Assembly: GCA_001600695.1 (NCBI GenBank)
Contig: BCKQ01000014.1
Span: 46,611-110,610 of the forward strand
From: Ascoidea asiatica JCM 7603
Taxonomy: Eukaryota; Fungi; Ascomycota
Direction: 5' to 3'
Length of the DNA stretch: 64,000 nt
The translations under genes and the position numbers were made by a program. Below the pieces are notes generated by a model. That model worked only from the letters and a program-made list of their open reading frames with translations. It was not told the DNA's origin and did not search any database. Positions 44,819 through 55,825 of this stretch are shown piece by piece. Each line of letters starts with the position of its first letter. Positions within the stretch are counted from its first letter, which is position 1.

Positions 44819-45847
44819 ATGAAGTTTCAATTAAGCAAGGCTCTTGCCTTTGCTTCCTCTTGTCTTTTAGCATCAGCTGCTGTATTAGACAAACGTGCAA
44901 CATATCCAAATCCAGGTACTCTTAGCGGTGTTGCAACTGCTGGTATTCATGATCCATCAATGATTTATTATAATAAATATTATTATGTTTTCAACTCCCA
45001 TGATGGTTTATGGTCTGCAAGATCATCAAGTCTTAGTGGAAAATGGACCAAATTTGGTCAAGTTTTATCTTCTGGTTCAAGTTCAATTGATAATTCTGGT
45101 TCTGATGATCCATGGGCTCCAGATGTACATTTAGTTGGAAGTACATTTTATTGTTTTTATGCTGTTTCAACTTTTGGAACTTTAGATTCCTCAATTGGTT
45201 ATGCAACTTCAAGTGATTTAAAAACTTGGAAAGATAAAGGTGCTGTTTTAACATCAAGTTCAAGTGCATCTGGTGTTTTATCTTCAACAAATGCAATTGA
45301 TCCAAATTTATTGGTTGTTGGTAGTACTTATTATTTACAATGGGGTTCATTCTGGTCTGATATTTATCAACTTAAATTAAGTTCTTCTATGAAAGCTACA
45401 ACTTCTGCAATTTCTGCAGCTAAACAACTTTCTTTAGATACTGCAAGTACTCATTCAGAAGAAGGTTCTTATATTCACAAAGGTACCAGTGGTTATTATT
45501 ACTTATTGGTTTCAAAGGGTCAATGTTGTGACTACGAAAGTTCTAAACCAGCTTCCGGTGGTGAATATAAAGTTATTTATGGTAGATCAAAAAGTCCAAC
45601 TGGTCCATTCCTTGATAAAAGTGGAACTGATATGGTTAATGGTGGTGGTACTACTCTTATGGCTTCTCATGATGATGTCTATGGTCCAGGTGGAGGAGGT
45701 GTTTTCTACGATTCTGTATCTGGAAAAGATGTTCTTTACTATCATTATATTGATACAACTGTTTCTTATAATGATGGTTACAAAAAATTAGGTTATAATT
45801 ATATCACTTATTCTAGTGGATGGATGGTTCTTTCTCAAACCGCATAA
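44819..45847 (+). CDS. secreted GH43 endo-1,5-alpha-L-arabinanase-like glycosidase
   Basis: Signal peptide plus KR pro-site; GIHDPS (base), WAPDV, NAIDP (modulator), WGSFWSDIYQ, EEGSY (acid), GQCC, GRSKSPTGPFLDKSG, YGPGG, LYYHY. Confidence 0.9.
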   Translation: MKFQLSKALAFASSCLLASAAVLDKRATYPNPGTLSGVATAGIHDPSMIYYNKYYYVFNSHDGLWSARSSSLSGKWTKFGQVLSSGSSSIDNSGSDDPWAPDVHLVGSTFYCFYAVSTFGTLDSSIGYATSSDLKTWKDKGAVLTSSSSASGVLSSTNAIDPNLLVVGSTYYLQWGSFWSDIYQLKLSSSMKATTSAISAAKQLSLDTASTHSEEGSYIHKGTSGYYYLLVSKGQCCDYESSKPASGGEYKVIYGRSKSPTGPFLDKSGTDMVNGGGTTLMASHDDVYGPGGGGVFYDSVSGKDVLYYHYIDTTVSYNDGYKKLGYNYITYSSGWMVLSQTA

Positions 45848-46187
45848 ATATTGAACAAACAATTTATGAATTTTGTCTCATTATTTTATATAATATAATT
45901 TATAATCAATTTATGTTTCTATGAATTTTTGTAAATTATTATTATCATTATTATCATTTAATCGTAGATTTATTTTTTTGATAATGCATCTACTTATATT
46001 AATAATTTTTTTTTGATTGCTTTGTAGTTTTTAAAACTAGGTTTAAATTTGTTTAGAAATTAACTAAATAATATATGAGAAAAAAATATTTAAGATATCC
46101 AAATCAGTTAAAAATTAGTTGAAGAAAAAGAGAATAGAGTATATAAGAATATCTATAAAAATTGGAAAGAAGCAACAAAGAATTGTT

Positions 46188-47915
46188 CTATTTATTGAGG
46201 AGAAAAATTTTCCCTTCATATGCTCTCAAGGTATCACCATCATCAGCATCATCATAATTTGATAAGATAAGAGAAAAATTTCCTTTCAAATGTTTTTTAA
46301 ATGAAAGTGATTTTTCACTAAAATTTAAAGCAACATATGCTTGAGATTTTTCAGTTTCCTTTGAAAAAATAAATAAATCATCATCACTTGAATCATATAA
46401 TTCAAAATTTGATCCATAAACTAAAATATCTTTATATTCCTTTCTAGTTTTTAATGCTTTTTTCCAAAATGATAATAAAGAATTTGGATCATCTATTTGA
46501 GATTCAACATTAATATCCTTATAATTTTCATTAACATCAATCCAGGTTTTATTACCAGTTGTAAAACCAGCATGAGGATCATTTGACCATTGAACTGGAG
46601 TTCTTGCATGATCTCTTGAAAGTAAATGAACACCATCTTTAAATTTTTTCATTTTTTCAGCATCTCCAGTTTTTTTAATAATATTATAATTATTTATAAC
46701 ATCAACATCTTTGAATCTATCAATGGTCCAATTTTTTGTATTTGTCATACCAATTTCTTGACCTTGATAAACAAATAAAGTTCCAGTTAAAGAAATTTCC
46801 ATTAAAGATAATAATTTTCCAGAAATTGTACGATATTTAGGATCATCATTACCAAATCTAGTAATACTTCTTGGTTGATCATGATTTTCAAGATATATTG
46901 TAGACCAAGCATCAGTTCCTTCAATATAATCAAAACTTGCTATTATTCCTTTTTTCCATTCTTCTAAAGTAAAAGGAGCTAAAAAATATCTAAATTCAGG
47001 TGTTGCACCAAGACTAGTATGTTTAAAATTAAATAATTCATCAATTTCTTTATTTGAAGCTTTAGTATAATCTAATAAAGTTTTATGATCACCTTCACCA
47101 ACTTCACCAACAGTCATACAATCATATTTTGCAAAAGTTTCTTTATGCATTTCTTTAATAAATTCATGAATTCTAGGACCATTAAGTGTACATGGATTTG
47201 GATGTTGAAAAGGTTGAGAAGGATCAGAAATTGGAGCATCAGGTAAACCAGGAACTTTTGAATATAAACCAGCAGTATCAATTCGAAAACCATCACAACC
47301 TTTATCTAACCAAAAAGTTATAGCATTTGAATAAATTTCTTTTCTTGTTTCATCATTTTCCCAATTTAAATCAGGTTGTTCAATTGCAAATAAATGTAAA
47401 TAATATTCTTGAGTTAATTCATCCCATTCCCAAGCAGAACCACCAAAATGAGATTTCCAATTATTTGGAGGAATTCTATTACCATCTTTATCAAATTTTG
47501 CAGGTCTCCAAAAATACCAATCTCTTTTAGGATTTGATTTTGATTTTCTTGATTCTTTAAACCATTCATGTTGATCAGAAGTATGATTAATAACTAAATC
47601 AAGAATAATTTTCATACCTCTTTGATGAATTCCATCAATTAAATCACCCATATTTTTTAATGTACCATAAGGAGGATAAATATCTTGATAATTTGATATA
47701 TCATAACCCATATCAATTTGTGGACTTGCGTACATTGGCGATAACCAAATAATATCAACACCAAGATCTTTAATATAATCTAATTTTGAAATAATTCCAG
47801 GTAAATCACCTAAACCATCACCATTTGAATCTTTGAATGAAGATGGATAAATTTGATAGATTGAAGCTTCTTTCCACCATTTATGTTCAAATTTTGTAAC
47901 TTTTGTTTTAGTCAT
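46188..47915 (-). CDS. GH13 alpha-glucosidase (maltase type)
   Basis: WWKEASIYQIYP, DLVINHTS, GFRIDTAGLYSK (T-A-G signature of maltases), TVGEV, YLENHDQPR. Confidence 0.96.
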   Translation of the reverse strand: MTKTKVTKFEHKWWKEASIYQIYPSSFKDSNGDGLGDLPGIISKLDYIKDLGVDIIWLSPMYASPQIDMGYDISNYQDIYPPYGTLKNMGDLIDGIHQRGMKIILDLVINHTSDQHEWFKESRKSKSNPKRDWYFWRPAKFDKDGNRIPPNNWKSHFGGSAWEWDELTQEYYLHLFAIEQPDLNWENDETRKEIYSNAITFWLDKGCDGFRIDTAGLYSKVPGLPDAPISDPSQPFQHPNPCTLNGPRIHEFIKEMHKETFAKYDCMTVGEVGEGDHKTLLDYTKASNKEIDELFNFKHTSLGATPEFRYFLAPFTLEEWKKGIIASFDYIEGTDAWSTIYLENHDQPRSITRFGNDDPKYRTISGKLLSLMEISLTGTLFVYQGQEIGMTNTKNWTIDRFKDVDVINNYNIIKKTGDAEKMKKFKDGVHLLSRDHARTPVQWSNDPHAGFTTGNKTWIDVNENYKDINVESQIDDPNSLLSFWKKALKTRKEYKDILVYGSNFELYDSSDDDLFIFSKETEKSQAYVALNFSEKSLSFKKHLKGNFSLILSNYDDADDGDTLRAYEGKIFLLNK

Positions 47916-49931
47916 TTTGATATAAATAAAAAATTGATTTGATTTAAAAAGAGTATATATATTAGAAATTATAAATTAATGTAAGAATTGATAAGACTTA
48001 TAAATTAATTAAATGTTAAAATTTTTAGATTTTGGAAAGAAAAATTGAAAGCTTTTGAAGAAAATCGGAATAGGTTTTATACTATTTTTTCTTCAAATTT
48101 CAGATATATAATATAATAAATAATGTTTGATTGAAATGAAGTGAATATGTTTTAATTACTTTTTTCTGGATATTCTATTATAATTTTAAAAAATATTTGG
48201 TAAATGTGAAAAACAGGGGGAAAATACTTGTAAAGAAGAAACGACTTACTTGTATACTAATAGGCTAAATAAACTTGAAAGTATAATGTTATCAGTATTT
48301 TTAGAGGTATTTTAGTAATTGTGTTTTCTTTGAAGCAATCTTTTCAATAAAAAGTATTCTTTTGGTATTGAAGTTTAAGCTATGGTCTTGAACTTATATT
48401 AGCTAAAAATTATTTATCAATGATGCTGACAGAGTCGATTGAATTTCAGCTCAGAATTTAAAACACATCGTGGGCTATCGGCTCATGGAGAAGAACAGTG
48501 ACTTTATTTATTCGAAAAGCCGAACCCAAAAATTTATATGTGTAACTTTGCTTGGATCTTACACGTACTCTTAAAGTAGAATTGTGGGGAGCTTTTTCTC
48601 CACAAGATACAAAACAAGATATAATTGCACTTTATTTCAACTGTATTTGTAAAGCTTAATCGATTTCCCCCTTCAGACATATTTCTAAAATGTTTCTTGA
48701 TTTATGTTTGATCAAGATTTCAAGTGGTGTTCTGAACTAAAATTTCAATTAACCATTGAATATCAACTATTATGCTACAATCTTTATCTTCTATTTGTGA
48801 CTTCCCTTGATATTGCATGTACATTTGCATAAGCCATGAGTGTAATGAGAGTCAGTATTTCCAAAATGCAAATAGCCAGCAACAGTACAAGAACAAGCAA
48901 ATTGGGGCAAGAAGAGCAGAAAATCGGATTATTTCGCTGACTCCACAAAAAGAGATTTATCCGCATCGGGGCTTTCTTCAAAAAAGGGTTTTTAGCAGGG
49001 GCTGAACCTTACCAATAAGAGCGGGCAAGGGGTAGGAAGCTTTGCGGGGTGCATATGGCTGGGCATGATTTGAGAGTACACCCATCGAGGCTTTCCGTAA
49101 GCAAAGCTTATTTGAGTTTATTCCCTGGTGAGAGATCCGATGCAATAATAGAAAAGTTTCCGATCAATTTCCAAATGAAGTTTCAAATGATACTCAAACT
49201 AAGTCTAACTCATATCCAAGTGGGTCCGGAATAAGTTCGAGATTATTTCTGGAAGTAGAATATATTATTCAGTGAGTAAATATAGCCCAAATTTACTATT
49301 CACTACATAGAATAAGATTTGGAAATACCCTACTACTTAATGACGTCTCTGGAGTTAAATTAATATTTGGCAAATTCTCTTCGATATAAACAGACCAAGT
49401 TTTTTTTTTCAAATACCTTGATAAAAATAACATCTTTAACTATGCTTACGAGTTATTTTTTGAAAGTCATTTCTTTTAAGATTGCTTTTACATAAAATCT
49501 TAAATGATATGCATATTTTGCTTAAGGAATATTTCAATGATGAATCCACATTTACGTTCACCATACTTTAAAACTTTAATTTAATTTTCAGCGTAATTGA
49601 TATATTTCCTTAATTTATAGCAAAGATACGTCAGTGAAATTTAAATGAAAAATTAACTGAATAAATGAACATTTTCTTTTGCTGTTGCTGTTGCTTTTGC
49701 ATATTTTTTAAAAATGGTTAAAATTTTGATTGAAAATTTCTTTCTTGGTTCATTGATAAGTAATATTTTGTAAAAAAAAAGTATTTAAAATAAACATTTT
49801 CCTTTTCTTTTTTCCTTTTTCTTTTTTATTCATTTCTTTGATTATTCCTCTACTATAACTTTCAAAATTTATTATATTATTCAACCCAATATTCTCTTAT
49901 ATTATTATTATTTATTTATTTCTAATTTACA
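47916..49931. promoter_or_regulatory. bidirectional maltase/permease promoter with Mig1-type sites
   Basis: Divergent gene pair as in MAL loci; ATTGTGGGG (48581-89) and TTTGCGGGG (49041-49). Confidence 0.6.
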
Positions 49932-51683
49932 ATGTCTAATAAATATAATAGTAATGACTTTACTGAAGAACTAAAAAAGGTTCCAAGTAATTCTCATATT
50001 GAGAATATAGATACTAAATCTGATTTAAATTCTAACGATAAGACTGTTGAAACAAATGAATTATTAACAAAATTTCTTGGTTTATCAGAAGATGCAAAAG
50101 ATGCTGATTTGAATGAAAAAACAATGCCTTTAATTGAAGGTTTAAAAACTTATCCAAAAGCTGCTTTATGGTCAGTTGTATTATCATCTGCTTTGATAAT
50201 GGAAGGTTATGATACCGCTTTACTAAGTTCATTATATGCTTTACCTGCTTTTGCAAAAAAATATGGTGAATTAAATAATTCTACTGGAGAATATGAAGTT
50301 TCTGCTGCTTGGCAAACTGGACTTTCAATGTGTACAAATGTTGGTGAAATTCTTGGACTTCAATTTGCTGGTATAATTGCTGATAGAATTGGTTACAGAT
50401 TTACTTTAATTTATTCTTTATTTTTGGTTATTTGCTTTATATTTATTTTATTTTTTGCCCCAAGTTGTGGCGTATTAGCAGCTGGTGAAATTTTATTAGG
50501 TATACCATGGGGTTGTTTTCAAACATTAACAATTTCTTATGCCACTGAAGTTTGTCCATTAGTTTTAAGATTTTATTTAACAACTTATATTAATGTTTGT
50601 TGGGTTTTAGGTCAATTAATAGCTTCTGGAGTTTTAAAAGCTTATTCTGAAAATACAACAGATTTAGCTTATAGAGTTCCTTTTGCAATTCAATGGATTT
50701 GGCCAGTTCCAATAATAATTGGAATTTATTTTGCTCCAGAATCTCCATGGTGGTTAGTTAGAAAAAATAGATTAGAAGATGCTAAAAATTCTTTAAAAAG
50801 ATTAATCACAGTACCAAAGAATAGTTCATTACCATCAAATGTTTTAGCTTCTTTAGTTTCTAGAATGCAAATCACCATTGAAAAAGAAAATATCATCAAT
50901 AGAAATGCCTCATATTTGGAATGTTTTAAAGGAATTGATGCAAGAAGAACTAGAATTGCATCTTTAACTTGGGTTGTTCAAAATGCTTGTGGTAATTCAT
51001 TAATGGGTTATTCAACATATTTTTATGAAAAAGCAGGCCTTAGTGTTAGTTATGCATTTGATTTTACTATTATTCAATATTGTTTAGGTATTGTTGGTAC
51101 ACTTTTATCATGGGTAATGTGTAAAAAACTTGGTAGATTCGAAGTTTATTTCGGAGGTCTTTTTATTCAATGTATATTATTATTGATTATTGGAGCATTA
51201 GGATGTGCATCCGGTTCAGCAGTTTCTTGGGCTATAGGAAGTTTATTATTAGTTTTTGTATTTGTTTATGATGCAGGAGTTGGACCAGTTTGTTATTGCA
51301 TAGTATCTGAACTTCCTTCAACAAAATTAAGAACTAAAACAATTGTATTAGCTAGAAATTTTTATAATATTATGGGAATTGTTAATGCTGTTTGGACACC
51401 ATATATGTTAAATTCAACAGAATGGAATTGGGGAGCTAAAACAGGATTCTTTTGGGCAGGTATTAGTGCTATATTTCTTGTTTGGATGTGGATTGATTTA
51501 CCTGAAACCAAAGGTAGAACTTTTGCTGAACTTGATGAATTATTCAACCAAAAAGTCAAAGCAAGAAAATTCTCAAAAACTGAGGTTGATCCTTATAATT
51601 CTCTTGAAAACAAATTAAATTCCAGTCAAATTGAAGGAATTGTTCATGGTGGGGAGATAATGTCTTCTGAGAAAGAAGTCTAG
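49932..51683 (+). CDS. alpha-glucoside/maltose:H+ symporter (Mal31/Agt1 family)
   Basis: LKTYPKAALWS, LIMEGYDT, GIPWGCFQTL..SYATEVCP, PFAIQWIWP, APESPWWLVR, DLPETKGRTFAELDELF. Confidence 0.96.
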   Translation: MSNKYNSNDFTEELKKVPSNSHIENIDTKSDLNSNDKTVETNELLTKFLGLSEDAKDADLNEKTMPLIEGLKTYPKAALWSVVLSSALIMEGYDTALLSSLYALPAFAKKYGELNNSTGEYEVSAAWQTGLSMCTNVGEILGLQFAGIIADRIGYRFTLIYSLFLVICFIFILFFAPSCGVLAAGEILLGIPWGCFQTLTISYATEVCPLVLRFYLTTYINVCWVLGQLIASGVLKAYSENTTDLAYRVPFAIQWIWPVPIIIGIYFAPESPWWLVRKNRLEDAKNSLKRLITVPKNSSLPSNVLASLVSRMQITIEKENIINRNASYLECFKGIDARRTRIASLTWVVQNACGNSLMGYSTYFYEKAGLSVSYAFDFTIIQYCLGIVGTLLSWVMCKKLGRFEVYFGGLFIQCILLLIIGALGCASGSAVSWAIGSLLLVFVFVYDAGVGPVCYCIVSELPSTKLRTKTIVLARNFYNIMGIVNAVWTPYMLNSTEWNWGAKTGFFWAGISAIFLVWMWIDLPETKGRTFAELDELFNQKVKARKFSKTEVDPYNSLENKLNSSQIEGIVHGGEIMSSEKEV

Positions 51684-52328
51684 AGTTTATATATAGTTTT
51701 TTTTATTTTTTTCTGTTCGTACGATTTATGCCTTTATTTTTATATACAAATTCAACTTATTTTCAATTAAAAACTAGTATTTACTTCAAGCTCATAAAAG
51801 ATCAAAACAATATTCAATCAATAATTGACTTCTAGAATTGACCCTCGAGAAGTCAAAAATTATTATTTCCTGAATTGGCATTATTCAGGTTGGAAGTATT
51901 GCAAGATAGTCGGAACCCCGTAAACGATAAATCTCCTCAAAATATTTGGGTCTTCTTTTTACTTCTACTAAAATCAGCGGGCCAAATGAGTCTCGTGACT
52001 TGTGGCGCATTAAAACATGCAGATGGGAGTTTCGTAACCGAGTTTTCCGTTAATTGTTTTGCCGCTTAACAAAGTACCGATATCGAGGAAACTAACTTTG
52101 CTGGAACTTTTTTATTAAAAGTACCATATTTGTTGATTAAAATAGCATTGAAGTTCATGAAAAAAAATATTAAATTCATTGACATAATTGTGTTTATTCA
52201 ATTGATTTTAAACCATAAAGTACTCCAATTAACAATCATAAAATCCTTTAGCTGGTGAAAAATTCCATAACTTTTGATTTCTCTTTTATTCGTTATCTCT
52301 ACTTTAATTCTCTTAAATCTTTTTTTTA

Positions 52329-55046
52329 ATGGATTCCTCTCTGGCATTTCAATTTGGGTTGGAAAATAGTAATGATTTTCCAAACAATAAAAGACAAAGA
52401 GTTTCAAAAGCTTGTGTTTATTGTAGAAAGAGAAAAATCAAATGTAATGGTTTAACTCCTTGTTTAAATTGCAAAAATCATAATGAACTCTGTGATTATA
52501 CAATTCAAAAATCTAAATCAAAAAAAAATGATTTAAAATCTGATATGGATAATCTAAGATCTGATTTTGAGTCGAAATTTGATAACATTTATAATATTTT
52601 AAATACATTGGTAACTTCCATGGGAAAAACTGATAATCTTTCTAATCAATTTACTTCTCTTAAAAATATTGGCAAAAATGATATCAATAATATCACCAAT
52701 ACTATTAATAATGATATCAATATAGATAATGATAATAATAATAAAAGGAATGGCAACAATAATAGTAATAAAAATGGTAATAACGATTCAAATAGGACTA
52801 ATAATACCAATAATAGTAATCCATCTAGTGTTGATACTTTATCTGATTACTATAATAGTAATGATGACAGTGATATTATTCAGAATAACTCTAGTGTCAC
52901 ACCTTCTCCCTTGGAAACAGATATAGATGGTTACGATCATCATCGTATTAATAAAATTGAAAAAAAAGCCTCTTCTTTTAGAGATTTAACAATGAGTAGA
53001 AAAGCAAGAATGTCAAAAGATCTTTCTTTTCAATGTGAACAATTAAAAAAACATGAATCAAAGTTATGGTTGAAAGCATCAACAATATCAAATCCTGCTA
53101 GGTTTCCAAAAATTGAAATTATTAAATTATTAATTGATATTTCCTCTTTAGCTCATTTCTCCTTTTTTAATGTTTCATCTAATCAAATAACTTCTCTATT
53201 TGAAGATTATTTTATAATTGCAAATAATTATTATCAGTCTGAAAAAAATTCAGAAATTGATATTGAACTGATAGCAAATGCTAAATCTCCAAAATTATCT
53301 TATGGTGATTTTTTGCTTATGAATATCTTTTTAGCTTTCACTGCTTCTATAGCATCTGAATTACTAATTTGTAATTCTAAGAGAAATATACTTCAAAATT
53401 TATTATCTCTTTATAACTTAAATCTTAATTTGAGTGATTTTGAAAAATTAATGGATGATCATTATTGTAATGCAATTTTCTATTTCCATAAAATTTCTTC
53501 AAATGGAGATGGCTTAAAAGCAATTCAAGGTATAATTTTATTATTGTATTATTCTGATACAATTTTATCTGCAGGTGCAAATAACTTATTATTATCAACT
53601 GGTATAAGATTAGCTCAAGCTTTATGTTTACATAGAGAAGACTCTTATTCAAAACTTTCATTCAAAGAAGTTACTTTTAGAAAATATCTTTGGACTAATT
53701 TATATTGTTATGATAATTCAATGAAACTTGCTAAACCTCAAATTATTCATGAAAGTGATGTTAATTCAGTTAATGAAATTTGCTTACAAAATTATGTTAA
53801 AAGTTCTTTGGATCCAATTTTATTTCAACGAAATTATTCTAAAATTCAATTATCTAGAGATAAATTAAGTACTTATGAAAAGATGAAAAATAAAAATGAG
53901 CTTTTAGCACGTAAAAGTCATAGAGGCTTTGAAACAGTTTTAGAATATTATTATGCATTACTTGCTAAAGTAAATTCAAAAGCTTATAGTCAATTATATT
54001 CTGTTAATGCATTTGAAAATAAAACTGATGAAAATATAATGTATTCTATTGAAATGTTAAATAATGAATTAGATGAATGGAATGATAGTTTAATTGATAT
54101 ATTTAATTGTAAAACTGAATTAAATGAAAATATATTAAATGATTATGGTGAACCGAATGATCAATATATATTTAAAGAAAAATATTTTGCAGTTGCTGAA
54201 TTAAAGATAAAATATTATTATAGTAGGATGATTATAAATAGATTCACTCTTAGTTTTTCAATGAAATATAAACAAGGATCTAATATATCTAGTAAATGTG
54301 GAGAAGAAGTTGAAAAATTAGCTGGAATAAGTATCAAAGCGAATCGTGAATTATTAAATTCTCTTTTGATTGTATGTCGAACAGCAGATATACCTAGAGT
54401 AATATTAAATTATTTCTTATTTTATGCTTCTATAGGGTTTGAATCATTATTCAATCATATAGAATATAATCCTAATAGCGAAGATCTTAAAATATTGATA
54501 AGAGTTTCTATAATGTTTTTTGAAATTTATCAAGGAGAATTTTTCAAAAATGATTATATCAAGACAATTACATTATTAATTCGAGAATCAATGAAGTTTA
54601 TAATTTCTAATTACCAAAAGTCACAAAATGACAAAGAAGCAAATGTGATGATAAATCTTTATTTTCACAAAGAAAAAGAATCTAGAGCTTCTTCTCTTTT
54701 TGAAATTGAAACTACCAATACTGATAATATCCCACAAGAAGAGTCCAAAACAAATATTATAACAGATAGCAATAACACTGATTCAAATGGTGGTTCTGTT
54801 ATTCATAAATTTTTAAATAATCAAGTTAAGTTAAAAGATGTAAATCAGGTTCAAATGCCATTAAATGAGTCAAATAATATTAATATTGACGGATATACTA
54901 TGGAAAATCTTGATTTTGGTGATTGGAATAATCCTGATTTTGTAAACTCATTCAGAAGCGATGCATTACTTGAAGAATTCCTTATGAGCCAACCAGGAAT
55001 ATATTTCAATATTAATCAAGACAACTCTTATGACACATTTTCATAA
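52329..55046 (+). CDS. Zn(II)2Cys6 transcription factor with fungal middle-homology region
   Basis: KRQRVSKACVYCRKRKIKCNGLTPCLNCKNHNELC; GIRLAQALCLHR...RKYLWTNLYCYD. Confidence 0.93.
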   Translation: MDSSLAFQFGLENSNDFPNNKRQRVSKACVYCRKRKIKCNGLTPCLNCKNHNELCDYTIQKSKSKKNDLKSDMDNLRSDFESKFDNIYNILNTLVTSMGKTDNLSNQFTSLKNIGKNDINNITNTINNDINIDNDNNNKRNGNNNSNKNGNNDSNRTNNTNNSNPSSVDTLSDYYNSNDDSDIIQNNSSVTPSPLETDIDGYDHHRINKIEKKASSFRDLTMSRKARMSKDLSFQCEQLKKHESKLWLKASTISNPARFPKIEIIKLLIDISSLAHFSFFNVSSNQITSLFEDYFIIANNYYQSEKNSEIDIELIANAKSPKLSYGDFLLMNIFLAFTASIASELLICNSKRNILQNLLSLYNLNLNLSDFEKLMDDHYCNAIFYFHKISSNGDGLKAIQGIILLLYYSDTILSAGANNLLLSTGIRLAQALCLHREDSYSKLSFKEVTFRKYLWTNLYCYDNSMKLAKPQIIHESDVNSVNEICLQNYVKSSLDPILFQRNYSKIQLSRDKLSTYEKMKNKNELLARKSHRGFETVLEYYYALLAKVNSKAYSQLYSVNAFENKTDENIMYSIEMLNNELDEWNDSLIDIFNCKTELNENILNDYGEPNDQYIFKEKYFAVAELKIKYYYSRMIINRFTLSFSMKYKQGSNISSKCGEEVEKLAGISIKANRELLNSLLIVCRTADIPRVILNYFLFYASIGFESLFNHIEYNPNSEDLKILIRVSIMFFEIYQGEFFKNDYIKTITLLIRESMKFIISNYQKSQNDKEANVMINLYFHKEKESRASSLFEIETTNTDNIPQEESKTNIITDSNNTDSNGGSVIHKFLNNQVKLKDVNQVQMPLNESNNINIDGYTMENLDFGDWNNPDFVNSFRSDALLEEFLMSQPGIYFNINQDNSYDTFS

Positions 55047-55825
55047 ATATTATTTTTTAGATTATAAAAAGAAAACTTATTTTGTAACATATTTATTGGA
55101 TAACAAATGAGGTTAAAATACGAAAAACAAAGGTTATTATTTACATTATAAATCATTTTCTGGTTTATTTTTTTCAAAGATGGGCTAAATATGATTTCAA
55201 ACTTGAATCTTCAAATAGTCAAATTTGATAGTTTTTCTAATCGCAGCCACATTAAATTTGTCAGAAGCCAAGTTTGAGAAACGAAGTATTATTCGATGCA
55301 ATGTGTGGTTTGTTGTTTAGTGAAATAATCATAAATATAGGTTTTTAAATGAAGTACTTTTATATATTCCAAAAAATCAATAAATATATTCAAAAATCAG
55401 AAATGATTAATAAGAATTAACAATCGTAGAAAATAAGGTTAAGGTTGCAGATAATCAAGGGTGCCAGACATATAAAATCGGTGAAGGTTGGATGCAAATC
55501 CCTAGTTAAAAGTTATTTTATGCCTTTAATTTTAATCGACTTTTGATTTCAAATCTCGCAGCTTTTTGATTGTTTGTCTTTGCTTTTAGCCCTTCTCTGA
55601 CTATCGATTTCTTTGGAAGCAAATGGAACTTAATTCAAAGATATATGCTTTGAAAGAGCAAATGCTGATATCAATTAGTAGGAGAGATTTTGCTAAAGCA
55701 AAAGATATAAATTCTATCATAAATCTTCCTTATTTTTTGTCTGCTTTATGAGGAAAACAAAACTTTTGAAAAAGATTTTTCAAACTAACTGAATTTTATT
55801 TTATTTTATATTGAATTTGAACAAA

